Of a stretch of 64,000 nucleotides of DNA, positions 19,825 through 27,613 are shown in pieces. A model generated the notes under the pieces. That model did not search any database. It was given only the letters and a program-made list of their open reading frames with translations, and was not told the origin of the DNA. Source of the stretch: an uncultured Candidatus Saccharimonadales bacterium (GTDB lineage: Bacteria; Patescibacteriota; Saccharimonadia; UBA4664); assembly GCA_964467655.1 (NCBI GenBank), contig CAYXSN010000006.1, forward strand, positions 9,601 to 73,600. Direction: 5' to 3'. The position numbers were made by a program, and so were the translations under genes. Position 1 is the stretch's first letter, and every line of letters begins with the position of its first letter.

Positions 19825-20591
19825 TCAGCCAGTATAGCTACCATCGGATCTAAAAACGCTAAGTTTTGAAAGCACATTGTGCAACGCCGAGGCGATAGTC
19901 TCTTCATTGTGTCGCGCAACATCCAATGTCAGATCCTGGAGTGCCCTCACCAAGAGTAAAAACGGCACTTTCCTTAATATACGCTCCTTATCGACAACTG
20001 ACCCACAATCCAACAATCGGCCTAAAAAATCAGCTCCGGTCCAGTCGACAGGTTCGCGAGATTAGCCTCGTAGGCCATGAAAACCGCTTCAATTTTGTGA
20101 ACAACTTCGGATTCAAGCAGCTGGCTCAATCGATCATGAAAGTGGCGCTGGGTTTGGTTATATGCTCCCACAAGCGCCTCTTCCTTGAGCACCGGGACTT
20201 TAGCGGGATCAACCCCATGCAGTGACATCAGGAAATCGTACAGCTCTTGAAACAACCGCTGCTGAACATGAGGTTCGAGTTTGTTAAACCTCTCCCGAGT
20301 CATCGCTTCACCCGGCAATAAGCTGTAACCGCCAAACGGCAACCCGTCATTCACTACATGTGAATATACAAAGACTGGGATTTTAACAGTCACCGCAGCC
20401 TCCAACACCGGCAGTACATCGATTTCTTTCATCAGGGTCTGTTGAGCATTGTCGGTTTGAGCAAAACGAAATACCCAAGCATCATTCACTACGTAGGCAG
20501 TATGATCAGTTCCCTTGCCAAGCAACGTCATGTCCTCGATTCCAAAGTCGATAACATCACTGATCTGAGCTTGAATGTCTTCAAATCGCAT
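19825..20591 (-). pseudogene. Aminoglycoside phosphotransferase (APH)-like kinase, internally deleted
   Basis: LGKGTDHTAYVVND.WVFRF N-lobe; the frame stops at PELIF* where HxDxxxxN is expected; a helical tail continues in another frame (19825-20030). Confidence 0.7.
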
Positions 20592-20606
20592 GGCTAGCAG
20601 TATAAC

Positions 20607-20633
20607 AAAAAGAAGCCCAAGAAGGCCTCTTTT
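20607..20633 (-). terminator. Intrinsic terminator, probably the displaced native terminator of tRNA-Asp
   Basis: AAGAGGCC/GGCTTCTT stem + T-run just beyond the distal att repeat. Confidence 0.6.
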
Positions 20634-20647
20634 ACAAAAATATTTCC

Positions 20648-20679
20648 TGGCGGGCCGTAGCGGAGGAGATTAGAACTTT
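20648..20679 (+). repeat. att-like direct repeat copy 1
   Basis: TGGCGGGCCGTAGCGGAGGAGATTAGAACTTT, 30/32 identical to 21717-21748. Confidence 0.9.
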
Positions 20680-20733
20680 CTTCCTTAGGACCCACACCTT
20701 AACAGCACTACGTACCGCCAAATAAAGTTGGTT

Positions 20734-20783
20734 CGCTTTTCGTCCTTTTGGACTCATCAGCATGAGCTGCACTCATGGAAGCG
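20734..20783 (-). ncRNA. Type III hammerhead ribozyme
   Basis: Minus strand CGCUUC^CAUGAG-UGCAG-CUCAUG-CUGAUGA-GUCC-AAAA-GGAC-GAA-AAGCG: intact core, three perfect stems, UUC cleavage triplet. Confidence 0.93.
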
Positions 20784-20862
20784 GAGATGACAAGCAGACA
20801 GGTCACATTCACAAGAGGCCAGACGACGGCCACTCATGTAGCCTGCCGCTTGCCATCTCCGC
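20781..20862 (-). other. Long 3'-UTR RNA hairpin
   Basis: GCGGAGATGGCAAGCGGCAGG pairs with CCTGTCTGCTTGTCATCTCCGC; the imperfect positions include G-U pairs that work only on the minus strand. Confidence 0.8.
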
Positions 20863-20872
20863 ACAGCTCAGA

Positions 20873-21520
20873 TCACTCCTCGCTGTACTGGAACGTCACG
20901 TTCAGCCCACCCTGACCGACGAAGGGGAAGAACTCTCCGCCCGCCGCCGCGTCCGTGAAGACCTGACGCAGGTGAGCCTCGACGGCCTCGCGGTTGGTGA
21001 CCTGGGTGTCGAAGGTGATGGAAGCCGTACGCAGCCGAAGCTGGTAGTTCACGGCTCCGTCGAACCCGGTCATCTTCTTCGCCAGCTCCTGCACGCTCGC
21101 TCGGAACGTCTCATCGTCCCACCCTTCGGCCTTGTCGGACACGGGGTAGTCGACCACGTTGGTCCCGAAGTTGATGTACAACCAACCCCGGTGCTGCGGT
21201 TCCCGCGGCTCCGGCCGGTCCATCGTCGCGGCAGGCGTCTTGTCGCCCCGAAGCAGGAAGAACCCGTCCTGGCCGGCCGCCCAGCGGACCGCCTCCAGAA
21301 CGTGCGCCTCCACCGTAGCCTCTTCGGTCACGGTGTCGAGAAACTCGACCTCCAAGCCGTAGCGCGCGATGTAGCAACCCGTCATGCCGTCGAGCTGCAT
21401 GATCCGGCCACGGAGCGGCAGGACCTGCTTGCGATGGGCATCCTCGTCGAACTTGCCGGTGGTCTCGTCGACACCGGTGATCGCAGTGTTGAAGCTGAAC
21501 CGACGCTTACGCTCGCTCAT
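20873..21520 (-). CDS. High-GC orphan protein with two internally repeated alpha/beta domains
   Basis: GAGAAAGG SD 7 nt before ATG 21520; strong G/C bias at third codon positions; halves align (FNT/FGT, DED/DDE, LDG/FDG, VEAHV/VEAHL, GFFLL/EFFPF). Confidence 0.8.
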   Translation of the reverse strand: MSERKRRFSFNTAITGVDETTGKFDEDAHRKQVLPLRGRIMQLDGMTGCYIARYGLEVEFLDTVTEEATVEAHVLEAVRWAAGQDGFFLLRGDKTPAATMDRPEPREPQHRGWLYINFGTNVVDYPVSDKAEGWDDETFRASVQELAKKMTGFDGAVNYQLRLRTASITFDTQVTNREAVEAHLRQVFTDAAAGGEFFPFVGQGGLNVTFQYSEE

Positions 21521-21712
21521 CTCTGAGCCTTTCTCGAACCTCACTCAGCATGATACTCCGACAGGTCGGTGTACGCCCCTTATGAACGCACAAAGTGAGA
21601 TGCAAACCCGCAAATAGCGAACTCGCAACTCACTTTGTACTGTCTGCTTGTCAAAAGATCCGAGAAATCTCGGAATACAAAATACAATAACATATTAGAC
21701 ATAATAAGTCAA
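21521..21712 (-). promoter_or_regulatory. Sigma70 promoter plus structured 5' leader with boxB/boxA-like element
   Basis: TTGACT(21712-21707)-17 nt-TGtTATTGT; hairpin TCCGAGA-TT-TCTCGGA, then GATCTTTTGACAA; long hairpin GTACAAAGTGAG...CTCACTTTGTGC. Confidence 0.75.
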
Positions 21713-21716
21713 TACT

Positions 21717-21748
21717 TGGCGGGCCGTAGCGGAGGAAGTTAGAACTTT
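21717..21748 (+). repeat. att-like direct repeat copy 2
   Basis: TGGCGGGCCGTAGCGGAGGAAGTTAGAACTTT. Confidence 0.9.
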
Positions 21749-21793
21749 TTATCTGATTGGTGTTACCATCTAGCCATCAGGAGCACCCCAGGG

Positions 21794-22366
21794 ATGGACA
21801 CCAAAACTACATATGTAACCGTGGACACCAATCTCTACCAGGACCCAGTAATTATTGAACTGGGCCGCGGGCTACCCTATCTGCACATCTACGCAACCAA
21901 GATCACCGAAGACGAGGCCGGCCGCGAGGTAATTATGGGCTCCCAGGTTGGCAGCTGGATGTGGGGAGAGCACATGTGGGGCGATAACCCATTCGTCCCC
22001 AACAAGGCCCTACCCCGGGTATTCACCATCGGCAGTTCGACAATCGGCGGCGAAGATCGAATTGCCCCCGACGGCAAAGGCACCGACTTCCTTCAAGCCA
22101 TACTCGACATCACCACCACCGGTAGCGTGAAGTACCTTCGTGACCTGCATTCACCTCACCATGGCATCCTTAATAGCATCAATGACGCCAAGATCCTCCA
22201 GATACACTGTATCCACAATTTCCATATCTTCGTCAGTAACGACACCAAGTTCATCGGGAAGCCCGGCACCCCCAAACGCCACCAGCTTGAACAGCTATCC
22301 GGCACCCGCATCATGACAGCCGACGAGTTTAAGGCGATCTACCTAGCCCATATTCCCTCAACGTAG
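21794..22366 (+). CDS. PIN-like domain protein (putative nuclease)
   Basis: VTVDTN at the N-terminus, NDAKIL and FVSND acidic pattern; AGGAG SD. Confidence 0.6.
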   Translation: MDTKTTYVTVDTNLYQDPVIIELGRGLPYLHIYATKITEDEAGREVIMGSQVGSWMWGEHMWGDNPFVPNKALPRVFTIGSSTIGGEDRIAPDGKGTDFLQAILDITTTGSVKYLRDLHSPHHGILNSINDAKILQIHCIHNFHIFVSNDTKFIGKPGTPKRHQLEQLSGTRIMTADEFKAIYLAHIPST

Positions 22367-22394
22367 CGAAGCCCCACGCGTCCTCAATCACCGC

Positions 22395-23090
22395 CTGAAG
22401 GGTATTCTTGTATGCGGCTACTGCAAGTGCACCATAACAGCCGAAACCAAGGTAAAGAAGCTCAAGACAGGTGGCACAGCCAGCTACGTTTATTACCACT
22501 GCACACGAAAGAATAAACGACTTCCTAAGTGCAAAGAACCGGCCATTACCGAGACCGAGCTCGAAAAACTTATTGAATACGAGGTATCCAAACTCGTAAT
22601 CAGCAAAGAAGCTGCCTCACACTGCATCGAAATCATCCGCAGCTACCATAAGCAGCAAGTGGCAAACCGTAGCATAAATCTCGATAACTGGCGCAAAGAG
22701 CACAAAGACTTACGGAACAAGCTAGACCGGCTTTTGCAAATGCGCCTCAATGAAGAAATCAATGAAATCGAGTTCAAAGAGTATAGATCAGAGTACCAAG
22801 AGCGACTGGATCGAACCGAGTCCTTGATAAGCGATGTGAACCAGACAGCCTCGGCATGGTTAGAACTGGCCGAAGGGTTCTTCAGTAATCTAGTAGCGCT
22901 TCGCGATACCTACGATTTAGCAGAAGATGACGAAAAACGAAGAATGCTTCAATTCCTTGGCTCGAACTGGGTTTTACAAAGCAAAAAGGTCGCATTTTCC
23001 CCTAGGAAACCATACGACCTCTTGCTAAATGTGGATGAGAATAAGAACTGGCGGGCTCGACCGGATTCGAACCGGCGATCTCCTCCGTGA
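22395..23090 (+). pseudogene. Large serine recombinase, C-terminal remnant (zinc ribbon + coiled coil)
   Basis: In-frame LKGILVCGYC...YVYYHC...C upstream of ORF 22659; catalytic and recombinase domains absent; ends WRARPDSNRRSPP, the antisense of tRNA-Asp. Confidence 0.85.
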
Positions 23091-23125
23091 CAGGGAGGCA
23101 TGTTAGGCCTCTACACCACGAGCCC
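23049..23125 (-). tRNA. tRNA-Asp(GTC)
   Basis: GGGCTCG...CCTCC-CTGTCAC-GGAGG...CGAGCCCGCCA. Confidence 0.96.
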
Positions 23126-23180
23126 GTATTTCTAACCGCCAAATCATACCAGATTCCTCACTGCGGCACAACCTTGGTAG

Positions 23181-23741
23181 CTAAGACAGGTTATTACGCC
23201 CCCATTTAAGCACTTTTGCCATCCAAATTAGCTCGTCATATGTCCGCTGGATCCGCCGAGTTTGGTCACCAAACTCGGGTCTAAGTTTGTCTTGGTCATC
23301 GAACATATCTTGCACTCTGGGAAAATGCACATCAGTAAACGTGGCCACTAAGCCCATCTCCCTGACTGTGTTGACCAAAGACTCAATTGCTCTGACTCCT
23401 CCCCAATTTCCATTCGATACGCCGGCAAAGGCCACTGGTTTATGGATATAATTCTTCAATTCTGAATCGAGCAACCGTTTAAGCGAACCTGGAAATGAGT
23501 GGTTATACTCTGGCACAACGATCAAAAAAGCATCTGCCTTTTCAGTGATTGAGGTGTATTGAGGGTTTTTACCTTCGGGATCGTTGCCGTCACCGGCAAA
23601 TTCAAATTCGGCCACATCCACCCATATTATTTCGACCCCAGGCTGCTGACGGCCGATTTCGGCAACCAAGCGGGCGGCACGAATACTCTCTCGCCGCTCG
23701 CGCTTGGTTCCCTCAATGACAGCTATTGTTACATCAGCCAT
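23181..23741 (-). CDS. NADPH-dependent FMN reductase
   Basis: PEYNHSFPGSLKRLLD, GGVRA. Confidence 0.9.
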   Translation of the reverse strand: MADVTIAVIEGTKRERRESIRAARLVAEIGRQQPGVEIIWVDVAEFEFAGDGNDPEGKNPQYTSITEKADAFLIVVPEYNHSFPGSLKRLLDSELKNYIHKPVAFAGVSNGNWGGVRAIESLVNTVREMGLVATFTDVHFPRVQDMFDDQDKLRPEFGDQTRRIQRTYDELIWMAKVLKWGRNNLS

Positions 23742-23756
23742 TCAAATAAGTATCGA

Positions 23757-24959
23757 TTAGCTCACTTTGATGAACGTCTTGGTTTTGGCTTTGTCGAGCT
23801 GCTCTTGGAAGTAGTCGTTAAAGTCGATGGTCTTGATAAGAACGTGAAGACCGTGGATCGAGCCATCATCTTTCTTTTCGACGACTTTGAGAATCTCGTA
23901 GCCGTAGTCTGTCTTGATGACATCGCTCACCTGATTTGGCTGCAAAGCTTCAGCCGCAGCCTGGACGTTATCGGGCAGTTGGCCCTTGGTGAAAAAGCCC
24001 AGGTCTCCGCCGTTGGCGGCATCAGACGCCTGCGAGTACTGCTTGGCTAGGTCGCCAAAGTCGGCTCCATTCTTAACCTTGTCGAGTACTTCGGTGGCTT
24101 TGGCTTTGGCCGCCTCGTCGGCAGCTTTATCGGCAGTTACGTTTGTCTCTAAGTTTTTGGCCAGGATCTGCTTACGCAAGACCCGGCGCAAATCTTCGAC
24201 GTTCCAGCCATAAATGTCGTTGAGGGTCTTCAGTAAGGTGTCTTTACCGCCATAGCGTTCATACAACTGGCTGAGCAGATCATCGACTTCTTTGTCGGTC
24301 ACCTTCACGTTGCGCTGGCTGGCCAGTTGGGCCACCAAAGCATCATCTTTGAGTTTCTCTAAGGCATGCTGCTTGATTTGCAGCAACAGCTTCTTACCTT
24401 CATCAGAGTTGAAATCAACTTCAGACTGGCCGTTCAACTTGGCATTGTTCTGGTAGGCGCGCTTATTAGCATCCACCTCAAACAAATAATCACCATAGCT
24501 AACAAACCGCCCATTCACTTGTTGCACCGGGTACGGCACCACTTTGGCAACTGTCCGCACAGCAGGGTTTTCACTACGGTAGTAGTAAATCAACACTCCA
24601 AACACCACGAGAGCAATGGCTCCCAGAGCTACAACCACGGCTACCAACCGAGTCAACCATGTCCGTGAACCAGCCCCGGCCAGCGGATTCTTGAAGCCAC
24701 CAAACCGTCGCTTTTTGACCGTTACCGCCTTGGTTTCTACCTTATCAGCGACTTCATCTTTGACCTCAGAGGAATCAGTATCGTCAGTCTCATCGGTAGC
24801 TTCAACGTCTTCGGCTACAACGTCAGACTTGTTATCATCTTTACTTTTGTCAGGCTTCTTCTTTTTGGACTCTACCTTGCTATCATCATCGGCCGGCACG
24901 GTCGCCTCTTCCACGGCCGGGTCCTGGTCTGCTTTCGCCAAAACGTGCACTCCTCTCAC
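23757..24959 (-). CDS. PrsA/SurA-like parvulin peptidyl-prolyl isomerase, membrane anchored
   Basis: FGDLAKQYS, GGDLG, TDYGYEI; TM helix after an acidic N-terminus. Confidence 0.85.
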   Translation of the reverse strand: MRGVHVLAKADQDPAVEEATVPADDDSKVESKKKKPDKSKDDNKSDVVAEDVEATDETDDTDSSEVKDEVADKVETKAVTVKKRRFGGFKNPLAGAGSRTWLTRLVAVVVALGAIALVVFGVLIYYYRSENPAVRTVAKVVPYPVQQVNGRFVSYGDYLFEVDANKRAYQNNAKLNGQSEVDFNSDEGKKLLLQIKQHALEKLKDDALVAQLASQRNVKVTDKEVDDLLSQLYERYGGKDTLLKTLNDIYGWNVEDLRRVLRKQILAKNLETNVTADKAADEAAKAKATEVLDKVKNGADFGDLAKQYSQASDAANGGDLGFFTKGQLPDNVQAAAEALQPNQVSDVIKTDYGYEILKVVEKKDDGSIHGLHVLIKTIDFNDYFQEQLDKAKTKTFIKVS

Positions 24960-24984
24960 AGGTCAAAAGATATGTACACCTATC

Positions 24985-25527
24985 CTAACGCACAACCGGC
25001 GATTGTGTCGAGCCGCCCGCCGCCCGTACTGCCTCGAGCAATTCTTCATGGATCTCCACGGGCTTATGGATGTACTCAAGTTTCACATCGCCCACATACG
25101 TTTTGGCGTTAATCTCACCGAAGCCAAACAGCGCAGCCTGAAAACCGCCGATATGGTAATTCACATTGGTTATGGCATCAAGCTGCCATTCTTCAACCTT
25201 GCGGTCAAAAAAACCTTTCTGGGTAATGAGAATCAGCCGTTCGTTGGTGACCAGATACACCGTATAATACCAACCCAGCCAGCGGTATGCCCAAGCCGCC
25301 AGCACAATCACTGGCACCACCAGCGCCAGTTTGATCAGCCAGCCAGCTAAAGTTTCGTGAGTCCACACCCAAGGAATGTCCAGAGGCACTACGCCCAGCA
25401 CTATCACGAACAAGCCCGAGATCAGGGCTTTACGCATGACCAAAGGGTGCTGCCGAAATAAGAACTGGACTTCCTCACCTTCGTGCTGCCCCGGAAAATC
25501 TTTTTCCTGAGCTTTGAGCTTATTCAT
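24985..25527 (-). CDS. Membrane protein with bacterial PH domain
   Basis: RQHP, two TM helices, YLVTNERLI..QKGFF. Confidence 0.75.
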   Translation of the reverse strand: MNKLKAQEKDFPGQHEGEEVQFLFRQHPLVMRKALISGLFVIVLGVVPLDIPWVWTHETLAGWLIKLALVVPVIVLAAWAYRWLGWYYTVYLVTNERLILITQKGFFDRKVEEWQLDAITNVNYHIGGFQAALFGFGEINAKTYVGDVKLEYIHKPVEIHEELLEAVRAAGGSTQSPVVR

Positions 25528-25586
25528 AGCGTCATTGTAGCAAATCGTCCGGCGCCAAGGTATAATGAGGCACGCATCCCTGGTAT

Positions 25587-25662
25587 GCCCCGGTAGCTCA
25601 GCGGATAGAGCGCCTCCGTCCTAAGGAGGGCGTCGGGGGTTCGATTCCCTCCCGGGGCACCA
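25587..25662 (+). tRNA. tRNA-Arg(CCT)
   Basis: Anticodon arm CCTCC-GTCCTAA-GGAGG; encoded CCA; TATAAT upstream. Confidence 0.93.
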
Positions 25663-25667
25663 AGGAT

Positions 25668-26297
25668 TTATTTACCGCGCTTTTTGGGCGTCCAGTCTTT
25701 TTTGTAGGCAATTTCGGTCACAACCGTTTCATAGTCCACAATCTCGTCGGGCGTGAACCAAATGGCCTGTTCCCGCTCGTAGCTGTCGCGGCTATCGGAA
25801 CCGTGAATGATGTTCTTAATGGCCCAGTCACCGGCGTCGCTTAGCTCATACGACTCCAGCGAGTAGTCAAAACCAATCGTACCCACTTCGGCAAACAGCG
25901 GGCTGGTGTTGCCGCGCATCTTACGCACCACTTCAATGACATGGGCGCCTTCCAGCACCATAGCCACCACCGGACCGGCGGTCAGGGCATCCATCAGTTT
26001 TCGGCGGGTGTTCATGGCCAGCTCGCGCGGCTCAGCCGGCGGCGTAATGCCCTTGTCGAGGTAGCCCTGATACGTGCGTTCACCCGATGACTTCAACCAC
26101 TCTTCGGTTAACTCATAATGCTCACCGGCCATATCGAGAGTTGGCCAAACCAGCTTCAGAGCGGCAATCTTGAGACCCTTGCGCTCAAACCGGGTCAGAA
26201 TCTCGCCCACGAGGTGGCGCGCGACAGCATCCGGCTTAATGAGGACCAGACTTCGTTCATGGCGCAACTGCTCAAGTTTTTCTTCATTAGGTTTCAT
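25668..26297 (-). CDS. ndk: Nucleoside diphosphate kinase
   Basis: IKPDAV, GPVVAMVLEG, NIIHGSD. Confidence 0.93.
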   Translation of the reverse strand: MKPNEEKLEQLRHERSLVLIKPDAVARHLVGEILTRFERKGLKIAALKLVWPTLDMAGEHYELTEEWLKSSGERTYQGYLDKGITPPAEPRELAMNTRRKLMDALTAGPVVAMVLEGAHVIEVVRKMRGNTSPLFAEVGTIGFDYSLESYELSDAGDWAIKNIIHGSDSRDSYEREQAIWFTPDEIVDYETVVTEIAYKKDWTPKKRGK

Positions 26298-26315
26298 CTA
26301 TAGTCTCCTTTTTAC

Positions 26316-27596
26316 CTATTTAGTTTGTATCAGCTTGGCAAATTGCTCAGCCGCCCGATTAGGATCAGGTGCAATAATGGCCATTCTCAAGCGCTCAGGT
26401 GCCAGCATCTGCCGGGCTACCCGTAGCACATCGTCCGCTGTCACCCCTTCGATAGCTGCAATCAGCTCATCTACTGGCTGCACTCGACCGAGCAAGGCCA
26501 GTTGTGCGCCCAACCTATCGGCAATGCTGGCGTTACTCTCGAGGCTCATCTCTAGCCCTGCCACCAATTGCTGCTTAGCTTTGGCGAGCTCAGCCTTGCC
26601 TACTTCGTCCTGCCGAATACCATCGAGCTCAGCCAACACCGACTCGATTGCTTGGTCGATTTTATCGATACCCACCCCGGCATACGCTTCAAAAATACCG
26701 GTGTCCACGTAACTATTGGTCTCGGCGAACACATTGTAGGCCAAACCTTGGCGCTCACGCACATTCAAAAAAAGCCTTGAGCTCATTCCCCGGCCCAGGA
26801 TGGCTGCCACTACCCGGCTAGCCGGCTCATCTTCATCAAGATACGCGTACGACCGGGCCGCCACCATGATGTGGGCTTGGGCCGTATCCTTGGCATACGG
26901 CAGAGCCAACTGGCTGGAAATGCCTTTGGTCACCGGTACCGGGCGGGCCTTTTCGCCCGACTCCATACTCCCCAGCACTGCTTCCATTTGTTGAACGACG
27001 GCAGCATGGTCGATGGCTCCAGCCACTGCCACCACCAAGTTGTTTGGCCGGTAGTGTTGGCGCATATAACCGGCAATCTCGGCCCGGCTCAGATTTTCGA
27101 TAACTTTCTCGGATCCAATGATATCTTGGCCCAGTGGATTATCGGGGAAGATCAGTGACGGTACCAATGTGCCAATGAACCGCGGCGGGTCATCCTGAAA
27201 AACGTTCATTTCCTCTACGATGACGCCCCGCTCTCTATCGATTTCAGAGCTTTCAAGTAACGGTGATTTCACCATGTCGGCCAAGATGTCGAGCGCCAGT
27301 TGTCCATGCCTCGCCGGCACCTTGATGTAAAACGACGTAATATCTTCACCAGTATAGGCATTATTGTAGCCACCAACAGCATCAACGGCCTCAGCTATCT
27401 TGGCGGCCGTCGGATATTTCTTGGTGCCTTTAAACAATAAATGCTCCAAAAAATGCGACACCCCACCGTTGGTATCGTAGGTTTCGTAGCGGGAACCGGT
27501 TCCGGCCACAATGTTGACTGTCACGCTCCGGGCGTCGGGCATGCTGGCCGTTACTATTTGTAGGCCGTTGGCCAAAGTAGTTTGCTGAATCTTCAC
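26316..27596 (-). CDS. M16 family zinc peptidase
   Basis: HFLEH inverted zincin, NAYT, SRLF..VRE..GLAY. Confidence 0.93.
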   Translation of the reverse strand: MKIQQTTLANGLQIVTASMPDARSVTVNIVAGTGSRYETYDTNGGVSHFLEHLLFKGTKKYPTAAKIAEAVDAVGGYNNAYTGEDITSFYIKVPARHGQLALDILADMVKSPLLESSEIDRERGVIVEEMNVFQDDPPRFIGTLVPSLIFPDNPLGQDIIGSEKVIENLSRAEIAGYMRQHYRPNNLVVAVAGAIDHAAVVQQMEAVLGSMESGEKARPVPVTKGISSQLALPYAKDTAQAHIMVAARSYAYLDEDEPASRVVAAILGRGMSSRLFLNVRERQGLAYNVFAETNSYVDTGIFEAYAGVGIDKIDQAIESVLAELDGIRQDEVGKAELAKAKQQLVAGLEMSLESNASIADRLGAQLALLGRVQPVDELIAAIEGVTADDVLRVARQMLAPERLRMAIIAPDPNRAAEQFAKLIQTK

Positions 27597-27613
27597 GTCG
27601 CTACTATATCAGA

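Larger units (their letters stand above)
20648..23056. mobile_element. Decayed serine-recombinase island integrated at the 3' end of tRNA-Asp
   Basis: TGGCGGGC core at 20648, 21717 and 23049 (tRNA 3' end); recombinase remnant reads into the tRNA; accessory cargo. Confidence 0.8.

Noticed and set aside
20762-21526. 254-aa plus-strand ORF
   Set aside because: Antisense shadow of the high-GC3 gene; promoter, SD, G-U pairing and ribozyme all point to the minus strand
21524-21552. Possible second (5') hammerhead, CUGAGUGAG...GAAA
   Set aside because: Core is not CUGANGA and stems I-III cannot be formed; better read as a CUGAG/CUCAG hairpin around the SD
20734-21680. Obelisk/viroid-like identity of the ~1 kb hammerhead-bearing unit
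   Set aside because: No recognisable Oblin motif, no whole-length rod-like self-complementarity visible, and it has a DNA promoter; cannot be supported without a search
20648-21748. CRISPR array from the 32-bp repeats
   Set aside because: Only two copies 1069 bp apart, no cas genes; explained as att arms
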